The notes beneath the pieces were generated by a model. It searched no databases. It had not been told where the DNA came from and saw only the letters and a program-made list of their open reading frames with translations. Of a stretch of 64,000 bases of DNA, positions 1-13,012 are shown in pieces (within the stretch, counting starts at the first letter, position 1; each line of letters begins with the position of its first letter). Made by a program: the position numbers and the translations under genes. Origin of the DNA: Dicyema japonicum (Eukaryota > Animalia > Dicyemida); NCBI GenBank assembly GCA_011109175.1, contig RDEW01000013.1:659221-723220 (forward strand). The letters run 5' to 3'.

Positions 1-339
1 AAAACTAACTAATCACGTGTTTCCAGGACGCACTAGCAGGACACAGTTTGACAATCTCTGCTATAAGTTTTCCATCATACTTAAAGTTTTTGATATTGAT
101 GGTTCACATAGACATTGTCTATAATTTTTTTGCCAACAGTCAGAAATAATTTCAGCATTACTCCTGCATCTGAGATTCTTGTTACCACTGATCACAAGAA
201 ATAGATTCTCCTGAAGATTCTTTGAATTCTAATTCATGCCTCTGTTTGAATTTTGAATTTTAGTTCATTCCTCTGCTTGAATTTCTCTAATTTGAAGTTT
301 TAAAATTGTTTCAGCCCATTTTCGAAAAAACTGTTAGTG

Positions 340-1745
340 AAATTTTTTAAAGAGTTTCAGAAACTGGAGCATTCTGCTTTTCATCAGAAACATTCATCCC
401 GTGTTTGTGTTCAATCAGCATGCTTTCTAGAGTCCTTTTCAATACAACTGACTGGAATTAAGTTCTCGTTGCTCCTTCAACAGATAGCTTATCCATAAAA
501 TTTTTGAAGCATTTAGAGACAACTCCATCCCAAGTCATAACTAGTGGGATAATCTACCTTAAAATTGTAGAGAAGCGATAGCTCATTTTTGAGGGAGTCG
601 ATCTTGCGACATTTTTCTACTACCCCCTGTTTTAGGAGATCCTGAAGATGTAATTGTTGAACTGTACTTTTGTTTCGGTCAGAATCGACGTATCGACCCT
701 TATCTCAACATTCTGTGTTGATAGAATCGACTGAACTGAATGCCCCTTCAACTTTTCAGTCCCTTTGATTCCATATACTCTGCATAGATGGAGAAGTAAG
801 CACTTTACAACTTTGTTGTGTCTTCGGACGTAATCACTATTTAACGTTATACCACACTGAGTGGCCAAGTGATCAACAGTCTTCTTGTTTTTCTTGCAAT
901 GGCTAGATAATGTCCCCGACGTAGAAAGGAACACATTCCTGTCTAGCAAAAGGCAATACATTGCTTCACTTCTTTGACCGATATTTTCTTTTGACAACCA
1001 CCCACTGTACGTTTTTACATCAACGTTAGGTTCCTCCGTGCATCTAAAGAACACAGAATGTATTTTTACAATTAATTTTATCAAACAAATATTGAGTCTG
1101 GGTGGTCTTGAGGGACTGAATATCCATGTTGTCCTTGTCGGCAATTCCATGTTTAGAGACAAGAAATCCTGCGATTGTAGCCAATATCATTTCCTTGATT
1201 TAATTACTCGCAGAATCCCCGACCTCCGCAAACATATGTCCGACTGCCTTTACAGATTTGTATAAACCGGAAAAGCATCAGTTCACTTTTGAAAGTGACC
1301 GAAGTGAGTCCTCTCCCGAAGTCTTCCAGTTTAAATATAACCTCTCTATTTGCAGGTTTGAGATGTAACCTGAGGGTCGTAAGCAGTTGCCGTATTTGAA
1401 GGTCAATAGATTGCGTATTCATTTATTGCATGAAACAAGTTCGTAAAATTTAACTTGGTTTTTGAAAGCATGGTTATCTTCGTAACATTTTCAAAAATGG
1501 ACTCTATAACTTTATTCTTGAGAACATTACTTCCTCCATCTTCAAAAACATCCAAATATCGATATCCATTAACTCCGTCCAAAGTCTCACCGCATGATAA
1601 CGATTTAACATTTGAAGCTGACTTTTTCGAATTCATCTCCAAACCCGCAACATGAAAGAACTCGCGAAGAACTTCCATCATTTTAATAACAGTATCTTAG
1701 ATCGTCAATAAAAAACTCTGAAATCCATATTTCCACCATTTTGCT
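340..1745 (-). mobile_element. Decayed R4/Dong-like RLE non-LTR retrotransposon (RT C-terminus, Zn knuckle, endonuclease region)
   Basis: ORF pieces GLEMNSKKSA..YRYL, GRGL, HC..TVDHLATQCG..DYVRRHNKVV and EIRVDT; multiple frameshifts. Confidence 0.8.
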
Positions 1746-2489
1746 CTTCAATACAATCGACTACATCATACTTACCCCCTTTTATTTTTTGACCATCTAT
1801 TTCTGCTGACACAGACTTGAACTCTTCGAATGTTTCTAATTGAACTGATTAGGGATAAAGCTCCATTCACCCTTAGGGATCCTCCAAATCTCTGTTCCGC
1901 AGCATAAACTATCTCAGACTTAAAATTATCATAATATTCATTAAAAGTTTCTAAAAAAGATCTGTAGATCTGTAGGTCGTGGGTTCGAATCCAAAAAATG
2001 GAGTTTCCAGCGAAGGTCAATTGTCGCCAAACAGGTTTCACCCGTGAGGCAACGAGTCTTTCTGGCACGACACGGTTGCTGAAAGGGATTTTTCCTACAT
2101 TCTTCCTGACCAAATCCACTCGTCAAATTACATTATAAAAACTTTTGCCGAAGAATGAAGTGATGTCCGCGACGGTAGGACGTGTGATGAAAATGGAAGT
2201 TGCGAACCAACTACTCCACTTCTCTTACGAAGTGGAAGCAAGTAATGGAATATTGGAGGATGGATTTGGTAGACACAAGCACATGCTGTCTCTTGGGTTC
2301 CTTCCTTAGATTAATTAGTCATAACTAGGCCAATTTTTTATTTGCATATCATAAAGATATTTCGTCAATCGAAAAAACCAACGTGAGCGAGTCCCCAAGT
2401 TAGAGAAGTATAATTGGCTGTAAGCTAGCGAACTGCATTGATGGAATTATATAAACGTTTTTCATAGCTTTATAATTAAAAAATAACTA

Positions 2490-2918
2490 ATCGAATATTT
2501 CAAAAAACCATCGGTTGTTATTTCTACAACAATATTAATTTTTGGGATATTGAAGGACTAAATACTCCACTTGTGAAGTACCATTTGTTCGTGGTTTGAT
2601 TGCAGTGCCGACTACAAAGTCCGAATCCAATCACGACTTTTCTTAGGACAAATAGCAAGGAATGGATGAGTAGTCGACCTAAGATCAAATCTGTTGTTTC
2701 AGAAGTTATACTATATTTTTTATTTAATAAATTGAGAAAGAAATACAGAGTAAACAACTATTAAATGTGTCCATTTCCCACTAGAGACTAGTCCATACTC
2801 GAAAGTCAATCCAGACTCAGTTCTTGTGAAAACCTTTTCAAGGAATGGAGAGAGACAATGGTAAGATGTCAATCTGACAACAGCTGAGGCAATTGAAGCA
2901 TATGACACCGATTGAATA
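2490..2918 (+). pseudogene. Possible multi-exon host gene or remnant of unknown function
   Basis: Short GT-AG segments (e.g. gtaagatgtcaatctgacaacag, 23 nt) link frames reading SILESQSRLSSCENLFKEWRETM|LRQLKHMTPIE*. The upstream structure is not resolved. Confidence 0.3.
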
Positions 2919-3027
2919 AAATAAAGTTAAAATTAAAAGGCCATTTATTTTTGTGATTATTTTTTTAATTCAATTTTTTATTGGGAAATCCAAATAAATA
3001 TAAAATAGTTAAATAATAAATTACACA

Positions 3028-3741
3028 ATGACAACAAACTCTATAATTGCATTTAAATACTCCGATTGTGCAATAATTGCCTCTGATTCTATTGAAGATA
3101 ATGATATTCCTGAATGTAAGACAACATAATATTAAGACGGTGATAATATTTGTTACAGAATATTTCAAATCACATTATCTCTTGGGATTGGAATTGTCGG
3201 GGTAGAACATGAAATTATGGACATATACAACAGATCCATATATTATGCAAAGTGAGTGCTGTGCTAATAAATAGTCAACATACTATTAAACATGGAACTG
3301 ATATATCACTACGGAATTTTGTATCAAAAATTCAACCTTATATACGAAATCAAAAATATCACATGGTTTTATCAATTTATATTTTAAGAACTAATAATTC
3401 TCGGTCCTGAATCTGATTCTATTAATTTAGTGAAATTAGACAGTGAGGCCAATTTACATACAAAAAATTTATTTTGCATTGGATCCAATTCAAACTTGTT
3501 GGAGAGGGATTTAAATATAGCGTAAATATTCACTATTTATTTAGTCTTTTTACTTATTATCCGAAAAGTACAAAAAACGCTGTTCAGATAGCTTTTAATT
3601 TTTTATTCTGTGTAGCGTCTTTGAAGCAAACATTTGTGTACACAAAAAGTAAATTTTATATTTATTTGAGTGTGGATTCTCAATCCGGTTAAAAAAGTAG
3701 GAAAGTTCATTACTCAATTTGGAAATAAGATTTTAAGATGA
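3028..3741 (+). pseudogene. Divergent proteasome-subunit-like (Ntn-fold) gene, copy A, with mutated intron-3 acceptor
   Basis: Introns at 3116-3136, 3252-3274, 3366-3387, 3522-3544 and 3649-3670. Position 3387 is A where copy B has G, so the AG acceptor is lost. Confidence 0.55.
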
Positions 3742-3967
3742 TATTTATTTTTTGGTTGTTAAAATTGGGGTAATATTTATTTTATACTACCACTTGGCTC
3801 ATATATAAATGTTTTACATTAATGCTTCATGCATTACTCGCAGTCTATTCTTAGATAATCTATTACACCATAATTTTAATTGAATTATAAAATATTTAAA
3901 AAAAAAGTTAATTTATAAAATATTTAAAACAAATGTCTTTAATACTCAGATCTGAGTACATAAAATC

Positions 3968-4165
3968 TGCCTCTTGAAGATTTAATACGAGTGAACCATG
4001 GAACTCGCCGTCGTGACTGCGAAGGTCCAGTCACTCGACCGATACGTGCTTGTGTGGGGTCGAGCGAGGAGCATCGGGCCAAGATGAGGTCCCTGCTAGA
4101 GCGTGCTGGGAGCACGTGATTAGTTAGTTTGTGTGACCGTGGTCTCTAGTGTTATATTATTTATT
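3968..4165 (+). mobile_element. Short LINE-tail element, type A
   Basis: Matches 19940-20130 and the reverse complement of 32462-32657. Ends CACGTGATTAGTTAGTTT..GACCGTGGTCTC followed by (TTA)n. Confidence 0.8.
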
Positions 4166-4389
4166 ATTATAAAACTAATGCTGCGAATTTATTCAAAACA
4201 CTAAGTGAACATACCTTGTCCCTCTACAATATTGCCTTGATTACGTTAAACTGAAGGAATTTGAATCTATTGACGTGCAAATTCGTCATATCTTATCGGA
4301 GTTTACATAAAGCCCACTAACAAGGAAAGGGAGGGGGAATTTCCCACAAAGGTGAGTGAATTTATATTTGAATGGAAGTAATGGAAATA

Positions 4390-5260
4390 AGGTTAAGAAT
4401 TCATGGACCACGTTTCTACACGACGTGGATACAAGAGAATGGCTAACAGTGATTGCATAAGGAGACATAATGAAGTGGTAGGATGGATACTTCTGCATTT
4501 GTGATAGCAATAAATCATGCACTTTGTGTACTGTCAATGGTTTAAACCCAAGTGGACATTTCGTAAAAGTAGGTTCAACACAATGAACTTGATATTCTTG
4601 TACATGACGAAATGACAAATGAGATTGTAACCGTTGAAATACGAGTCATAAATTTGACTTATTGACTGGGGAGATAAAACTTGTGCAAAACTCCAGTATT
4701 GTTTTAACATGGGTAAGGTTTCCAGATCCTATAAAGCTTAAATGGGAGTTATGTAAATTGGTGTGCTAATGAGGGGACATATTTGTTTTGTTGAAGAGGA
4801 CACTTGAGAGTACTTTAGTTGAGTACATAAGGAAGAGAAGTCTATAATGATAATCCATGTGCTAAAATTGGCAACCTGGTGGATGATGAGTGAATTCTTC
4901 GCTTCATTTACCTTAAAGTGTGTGTTAACGAAAATCATCCCATGTCATCCAAGTTGATTGCTGGTCGTTTAAACAACTTCTGAATTGGTTAAAGTTTTTG
5001 AACATAAATTTGGAAGACTTATTGAAAAATCATCTAATCAGTGACGAAGGGTATCAAGGAATGCGTCAAGGAGTTAAAGAACAGGCAACACTTAGAGGGT
5101 TCTCGACAATCCTGGACTTGCTTACAGGATCGTAATATGAACATAAAAAATTGGGGAATCAATATGAAACAGGAATACTGCAGTGAGACTTTAACACCTC
5201 ATATCTTTGTATTCGTGATGGATCATCTGACCAAAAAACATCAAAGTGGTTATTGATAGC
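4390..5260 (+). mobile_element. Scrambled R4-like non-LTR fragments
   Basis: DHVSTR..SDCIRRHNEVV-type knuckle/RH motif (clearer in copy B ORF 20357-20542) plus RT-like scraps. Confidence 0.55.
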
Positions 5261-5803
5261 CACGACCAAGGATCTCTTAGTTGCACAGCGAACCACCTCT
5301 GTGACCTAAAATATTTTCTCGAATAAAGGAAATTAATATTTCTTTGTAGCCGCTTGACTCGAACAATAACACAAGTTTGCTACTAATGTGCATAACCTTG
5401 GGACAATCTTCCTTATTTACTACTGGAACATACTCTTCAAAATGAAATACCGACATAAATTGACAATCCCCACAGCAACTTAAAAATTTCGTCAATCAAT
5501 AACGACAATTATGATGGTTTGATCAAAAAAATAAAATTCTTTCAACCTTTGGCCCTGGCTATTTGATAAATTATCGGTGGTTATCGTTCGAGGTCAATTC
5601 TCATAGATCTAAACGTACATTGGAGGAGAGTACAGGAATTTGATTCTGCCGGAAAATTTCATAATTGTTATTTTCCGCAATAGATTTGGCTAAAGAAAAA
5701 GTAGAAAGATTTCTCCCAACTAGTGTGTTATGCCAGAAGGACTTGTCGGGTAGAATCTATTTAACCTCGTTGATTCTTCAATAGATAATTTATCCATTAA
5801 ATT

Positions 5804-8745
5804 CTGTGTGGTGGTGTGGTGTAATTGAGAAAAAGTAACCAGAAGTGATATGCACAAGATCGACAAAAGAGAAGAGCTTTGTGAATTTTGCAATAAAATT
5901 AACAAAAGAAAGCGGCTGATATGTTGTGTCGTTTGTTCGTCGGTTTTTCACATGTCATGTGTTGGAATGACCAAAAAAGCCCTTACCACCATTACCAACT
6001 GGTGTTGCCAGGCATGCCTCCTTCCTGGGACGAAAGCACCATCGACTCCACCTAATTCACCTGAACGAATACCAATAGATTACCAGAAAACCCTTGAATC
6101 AATTGCCAACCTGGCATCTACACGAAGGATCATGATCAAAATTCCAAAAGCTGCCCGTGTTCCTGCCGCCGACTGTTTACACGATTGTATTGAAAGGGCA
6201 ATTTCTTCGACTGACCCAGTGGATTGGACACGATTATTCTACTTTGCACCATACACGCTATGTATGCCCTGTCAGAAGAGGAAAGATCAGGAATCGCTCA
6301 CGTCTATTGTAAAGGAAAATATTTGCTTGTTTTCTTCTGGAAATTTGTTCAGTGACTCCCGAGAATATACCTTCAAGCCCTCAAACCACGAGAACCATGC
6401 CTCAGAAACACAAAGATTGGAAGAGCGATTCATTGCAAACTATCTGAAGGTGGAGTCCGGGCCACCGTGAGGACTCTAGAAGAGCATAACCGTCTAATTG
6501 AGCCAACTGAACACTCCTACGATGCACTGGTTGAACGACATCCTGGTCCGCCAGTGGACGAACAGATCCCTACTTGCTCTGGAGAATTACCTAGTCTGAT
6601 TATTTCTGAGGGGGACGTGAAAGATGCGATCCTCTCATTCGCCCCAAGCAGCAGTGGGGACTTGACGGACTCCGTCCAGGACACCTAAAAGACTTAATTG
6701 ATCAGAATACGGGGAACTCTGGTGTTCGGCTATTATCGGCTATAACGAGGTTAATCAACAGAATGCTTTCCGGAAGATTACCAGAAGCAATCCGTCATAT
6801 TATGTTTTCCGCCAAGTTAATTGCCTTTGATAAATGTGGAGGAGGAATTCGTCCTATTGCTGTTGGGTTTGTTTTTCGTCGACTGGCTTCTAAACTTGCT
6901 AGCAGAGCAATCCTTCCGATGCTTGTCAAACAACTGCGACCAACCCAAGTAGGGGTCGGTACTCCTGGTGGATGTGAGGCGGCGGTTCATGCCGTTCGGA
7001 TGTTTACTGGAAACAGAACGAACATGCCTTGTGTGGTCCTCAAGATTGACATAAAAAACGCCTTCAATACCATACGGCGCGATGTAATTTTGGAAGATTG
7101 TCTTACCCATTACCCGTCTATATATAATTATGTTCATTGTTCGTATGGAAAACCGTCCAGTCTTGTACATGGGAAATACTTCATTCCCTCGTCGTGTGGG
7201 TTCAGCAAGGAGACCCACTAGGACCGGCATTGTTCTGCCTCGGTGTCGACCGTGTCATGAGATGCCTTACTACTCCGCTGAACGTGTGGTATTTGGATGA
7301 TTGCACCCTGGGAGGTCATCCTAACAATGTATATGACTGTCTACAGAGATTACTAACCAATTGGATACGCTTGGTTTAAAGCTAAACGCATCCAAATGCG
7401 AAATTGTTAATTATGGATTCTCCCGATATGAATGGAATCGGATCCTATTAATGTTTCGGGGGATTATTCCTAAAATATCGGAAATCGAGCCGGATCATTT
7501 GGAAATACTTGGATGCCCTCTGGCTGAAACTGGAATTAACGACACTCTGTTGGCTAAAGAACAGCAACTAAGAAAAACTTTTTTACGCCTTGGGATGCTG
7601 GATGCACATACCTCTCTTTTTCTCATGAAAAACGCTTTATCCACGCAGAAATTAAATTACGTCCTTCGAGGGCTCCATGTTACCTGAAAATGCAACAACT
7701 CGGGGCGATTGACTCCCTATTCCGGTCTACGACCGAACGTATTACTAATGTCGAATTCGACGAACAAGGATGGGAACAAGCAACCTTGCCCGTTCGCTTT
7801 GGTGGACTCGGAATTCTCTCACCATCTGATTTAGCACACCCGGCATATCAATCCTCATTGGACTCCAATCAGAATTTGATCATGATGATTCTCCAGCTCC
7901 CATCAGAGTCGTCAAAGATCGAAGATTTGGTACACCCTAAAGTCAAACAACTCGGGCAGAGAGACCTTTATGAGTCTGTTGCGAGGATAAATACGAGAGG
8001 CTTTTGAAAATATCTAACCAACACCGACGAGCCTGTCTTTTAACTGCAAGATGCGAGTGGAGCGGGGCTTGGATCAATGCCCTACCCATTGGAAACGTGG
8101 GAACTCACCTAGACGATGAAACGGTCCGCACCGGAGTCTCCATCAGACTTGGATTGAAAGTTTGTCAACCCCATGAGTGCCGATGCGGCCGGAAGGTCGA
8201 CTGCTATGGACATCATGCCCTTTCTTGTCGAAAAAGCGCAGGTCGATTCGCTAGACACAAGGCTATAAATGAAGTGGTGAAGCGCGCCCTCGAGTTGGCG
8301 GGATACCCATCCATTCTAGAGCCAACGGGCTTGAGTAGGGATGATGGGAAGCGACCCGATGGAATTACTGTCTTCCCCTTCTCTCGGGGCAAATGCTTAA
8401 TTTGGGATGCTGCCTGTACTGACAGCTTTTCCCAGTCGAAACTTTTGAGGTCGGCAATGAAAGCGGGAGAGGCCGCCCGTTTATATGAAAACTCAAAAAT
8501 AAAGAAATACAGCAGCCTCCTAAACCGTTTCCATGTACAGCCAGTGGTCGTCGAGACGAGCGGAGTCTTTGGCCCCAAGACGGTCTCTTTCCTTAGAGCA
8601 CTTGGGTGTCTATTGACCAAAGCCTCGAGGAGCGTCGGGAAACCGAGTGGCTTTTCCAAAGGATATCCCTGGCAGTAGTCAGAGGTAACAGCCACTCGAT
8701 CATATCCGCTGGACTAGTAATTAACTACTCATGTTTCCAATAATA
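5804..8745 (+). mobile_element. Apparently full-length CRE-clade non-LTR retrotransposon (PHD finger, RT, RLE), frameshifted
   Basis: PHD C-x2-C..C-x2-C..H-x2-C..W-x-C-x2-C; RT motifs GIRPIAVG, DIKNAFN, QQGDPLGP, YLDD; CRCG..HALSC, RH, KRPDG..LIWD. 17-bp TSD AATTTATCCATTAAATT at 5787-5803 and 8746-8762. Confidence 0.92.
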
Positions 8746-9504
8746 AATTTATCCATTAAATTATAGTATTTTTAAAAAATAAATTTATTACTAAAGCAAT
8801 CAAATCACATTTAAAATCCAATTTTTAAAAATTTTACTAAAAATTGTGAGAACAAAAAAATGTAATTAGCGTGTGGTGACCATGTAAATCTGCATTCGAA
8901 TGTCCTCAAATGTAGCCAAAGCTACAATAGAGCCATTTTCAATCCCCAAACAGTTGTTTCATTATTCTAAGAATATGATATTACAGATTTACATTTGTAG
9001 GATGAACATGATGAGGACACGCAAATTGAATTTCCCATGATACTGAATTATCGAATTTATGGATGACTTGGGACATTTTTAATATGGTTCGAAGTAAAAT
9101 TTTAGAATAAGAAAAATTATTAGTATTTTGTAAAGTAATATAAAATACTATTTTTTCGATTATTGTTATTATTTTTTATAATTAAAAATAAATAAAAAGG
9201 TTGGTTACCCACTAGTAAAATAAAAAAATCGTCGATAAAGCTTTTAATGTAATCCTTTATCTTTTCGTTACGACATTTCTATTATTTAACCACAAATATA
9301 CATAATATAGCTTTTTAAATCTGAACCAATTATCTTGGTAAATTCCAGTTAGGTAAATATAACTATGAATTGTATACTTTATTATTTTTTTTATTTTCTT
9401 TACTAAATATATAACATTACTTTACCATCCACATCGCACATTTATGTAATTCTATTTAAATATCAAAATTATTTATTTTAATTGGGTAGTTGTATTTTCC
9501 TTTT

Positions 9505-9990
9505 TTCCGATGGCATCACTGGATCCACCTAACAGAGGAGGCGCCCAATGCCTGACGTGCATCAAGAGGATCCAACAATTCTTTCCCGGGAACAACGTCG
9601 TTACCTGGTGACAAGTTCTGGAATACTGGAACGAGTCAGGATCGAGGAGTTAGTTAGTTTGGTTACCTTTGGTCTTTGGAAATAATTTTAATTTTTTTGG
9701 CCACGTGATTCTGTGTTACCATTTACTACTTTATTGAAGATTTCTATTCTTTTCTTCTAGCGGCGTCATCAGATCCACTTTACTCAGGAGACACCCAATG
9801 CCGGCATTCAAAAGGATCCATCTTTTATTCAACCAGGATACTATTTCGCTCTCTGGTGACGAGTTGTGGCTTCTACCTCATTTCCCCGGACAATGTCCTC
9901 TGGATCACTGTTCATGGATACAGCCTCTACAGGAACGCGTTAGGATCACGGGGTTAGTTAGTTTAGTTCCCCTTGTCTTTGCAATAATTT
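9505..9990 (+). mobile_element. Two tandem short type-B elements
   Basis: Similar to 25255-25735, 27800-28042 (minus strand) and 33652-33905; share the GTTAGTTAGTTT tail. Confidence 0.75.
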
Positions 9991-10225
9991 CATAAATCTG
10001 AAATATCAGCCAGAAGAAACGAACTAAATTTTAACTTGTCTACCAGTTTTATTAAATTTGATAAGAATCGCGACACACACCATTGGAGCGTGACATAATA
10101 TTTTTCTGTTTATCCCTGGTCCTTGATCCTTCAACTCCAACGAATTGTGCGATGAAAGTGTATTTCATAGAGGATTCCTCGAAATTCTGAAGAAGGCCAA
10201 TAATAACCCTTCCAGTTGGGTTCTA

Positions 10226-10391
10226 GGTAAATCATCGCCGGTAATTTCATCGCTGGTAAATTCATCGCTGGTAATTCATCGCCGGTAAATTCATCGCGAG
10301 GGTAAATTCATCGCGAGGTAAATTCATCGCCGGTAATTTCATCGCGAGGTAAATTCATCGCTGGTAAATTCATCGCCGGTTAATTCAAGCG
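10226..10391 (+). repeat. Minisatellite, about 11 units of 14-17 bp, consensus GGTAAATTCATCGC(C/T/GA)
   Basis: Directly visible head-to-tail array about 300 bp beyond the MULE stop codon; probably a subterminal repeat. Confidence 0.92.
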
Positions 10392-10697
10392 ACCACGTGG
10401 GTCCTTAAAAAAAGAGGTCGAAATTTTGATTTTTTATATTATCATTAAAATGTAATTTTGGAGATTAATTTGACGATATGAGTCACGTGGCCAGATCCCC
10501 AGGATAGAAGAAATTTGAAAACCTCAATTCTCCAAATAGTGTTAAATTTACTCAACGATGTGCTATAGAAAAATTATTGATTATCTTACTGATTATTGAT
10601 TAATAACAAAGGTCAAACTTTAAGTGAATATTTATGATAATATAATTTTTAGAAAACAAGTTTATGACAATTATTAACAAAAACATTGTGTTAATTT

Positions 10698-11560
10698 CTA
10701 AAATGCTAAATTATAGGCAATGCCTTTTAAATAGTCAAGAATTTCGCGATTATCGAAGTCATTTACAATGCGTTGAATTCTTAAAGCATTATCTCTGTAT
10801 TTTTTCTTTTGTATAGGACCTTCCCCACCAGCAATATACTGTTCAATTTTAATTTCATTTCTTGCTTGTTCTTTCTTCAAAACATCAATAAAACTTCCAA
10901 ATCGTAGGATGACACACTCCAATTAAAGAATTAAAAGAATGATGCCATCCTTCGCAAGAGTTATTTGTTTTAGGCCCAGCAACTCTCGCTGCTTCAAAAC
11001 AATTCACAATCCATGGGCAAAACGTGGACAAGGACGTACTTGACGGCGTTCGGGAACGTCCTATCCAAATATCTTATACATAATCCAGTACAGGTTGAGC
11101 TTCTTCTGGGAAACTGTTGCAATCACACACAAATGTTCAATATAATGAACAGCATGTAATGTTGGGACAAATGCGAGCGCCGCAGTAATGCGCATTTTCA
11201 AAGCGAATTCTGTCTCTCTCTCTGATCCCTGTGATTGGATGCATCTAAATATGGATTGGGACAAATGAAAGAAACAGCCCTTCGTAATAGCATCAGGAAA
11301 TATAATATTAAATCCATTTATAGCTGCTTTTTTCGAAATCAGTCATAATTGTCCTCGGTGATAACGATGGCTCCAATGATTTTTATTCCGAAAAAACTTT
11401 TTTATAGCTTTCTTCCGTTCTTTTACACATTAAAATGTATATAAGTGGATGTTCCGTAAGGTATTCCATGATTATAAGATCTGGATTACATGTTGGTTTC
11501 CAGAAAATGGTAGCAAGACTCTGCAATCAGATATTTCAGATGCCAGAAACTTGGTCAAGT
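10698..11560 (-). mobile_element. MULE (Mutator-like) transposase remnant
   Basis: GCFFHLSQSIFR, ALAFVP, KTNNSCEGWH and FIDVLKKEQ..YLKGIAYN motifs across frameshifts. Confidence 0.85.
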
Positions 11561-11899
11561 TGCATCTCGATACATTAAATTGGAGAAATACCATATTTAC
11601 TGGGAGGTGCACGGAATGAGCTGTTGTTATTTCAAAAAAAGATCAAGCCATCTTGTATTCGAGTTTCGAGGGTTGTTAAAAAGTTGCGTAATTAGAGAAT
11701 GCGGTATGGTCTCATATACTTATATGGTCTCATATAGCGGAATCCTTTCGGGGAAAGAAGGTGGTTTATCTTCGCATGACCCATTAATAAGTTGGTCTGG
11801 TCACGGAAGGATAAGACACAATTTTTACTTGAGAGACAATTTGAGGGGCATCTGTCTGAAATTTATCTTCTTAGGGTTTTCCAAAAACATGTGATCTAG

Positions 11900-12962
11900 T
11901 TAAAGAATTTAGATAGAAATAAAGTCATTCTATTCATTGGTCTTGGATTTTAAGATTGGCCGTCAATCAGAAAGATAATCGATTCTACCTTCACCAGAGT
12001 TCATTGATTTGATCCTCCTGAGTTGTTTGAGAAGGTTAATAATTTCAGGAGGGAAGTGGAAGCCTCGATTAGCGATAAAATCACGTGGAATTAATTTTTT
12101 GTCTGCAGCAATTAGACAGTTTGTGAAAAACTCAACAGCATCATCAAAAGAGCGGAAAGAAGCAAAAGCAAAGTCTTTGAGTACGCGTCTGTCTCGTTTC
12201 TGTAACAATCCAACTTTCCACGTTTATAGTTGATATACGTCTTTTTGATTATCATCTTGGTAGTTTGATGGTTGAAGGTAAATAAATCGGAGTTGAAAAA
12301 TATCAGATTGAATTTTGAAAACGCAGAAGACCTTGACTATTTAAGAGAGAAAAAACAAGAAACAAGGCTAGTTGTCAAGCCCGAGGGGATGGTCAGGGAT
12401 ATTGCTATCTCGAGGAAGTCCCGCCGGAGTTACATAAGGTATACCATGACTGGGGAACGATTAGTGTTCTCCACAGTAACGATGTGGACGTATTTTTTGA
12501 CGATCTCAATAATATTCTGAGACATAGGTTTTTTAATACTTTCATCTTGCTCTGTGCCGATAGTGATAGAAAGACAATCAATGCAGCGAAGACTTACTCG
12601 ATACTCGGTAGAACAAATTTTTTATTTGAAGCTCAAATGATGGGCGAGAAGATAATGGGGAATGTGTAAAAGTCTAAATAATTCCAATTTTTGGATCCTT
12701 GAGGTTACCAAGTCCACGTGATGTATGAATAAATAAAGGGAATCCATTCTGGCTCCCAGGGTAGAAAGGATCTAGTTTTTCCAACACCAGTGACAAAGAA
12801 CTGATGAATAACGGCCAGTGATTTCTTCCATATTAACGGAATCTTATTCTCGTGTATTGAGAGATTGAAAATTTGTGTTATTGCCAGCGTCGTGGAACAA
12901 CTCAGGTACTTAAGTTCGAGAACGGAGATATCGTCTGAACCGCTAGATGACGAGTTATTCAT
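11900..12962 (-). mobile_element. Decayed APE-RT LINE fragments
   Basis: LKYL..QIFNLSI..IPLIWKKS (RT N-terminus) and degenerate upstream frames. Confidence 0.5.
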
Positions 12963-13012
12963 TTTCCTAAAGACATTTTTATTAAATAAAAATTTTATTT
13001 ATTATTATAAAT

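Larger units (their letters stand above)
1..9990 (+). repeat. Segmental duplication, copy A (may start before the window)
   Basis: Position 1 aligns to 15953. The two copies are near-identical with scattered substitutions and indels until about 9990/25735. Confidence 0.95.

Noticed and set aside
1-340. Shared tail as the 3' UTR of the adjacent R4-like element
   Set aside because: The intervening sequence reads like a pogo/Tigger scrap (KFKQRHELEFK..GESISCD), so the tail is more likely a separate insertion.
6817-8695. Minus-strand ORFs 6817-7230 and 8213-8695, and their copies
   Set aside because: They are antisense shadows of the CRE RT/RLE frame with no recognisable motifs.
10226-10391. 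CRISPR-like array
   Set aside because: Units are head-to-tail with no unique spacers, there are no cas genes, and the context is eukaryotic.
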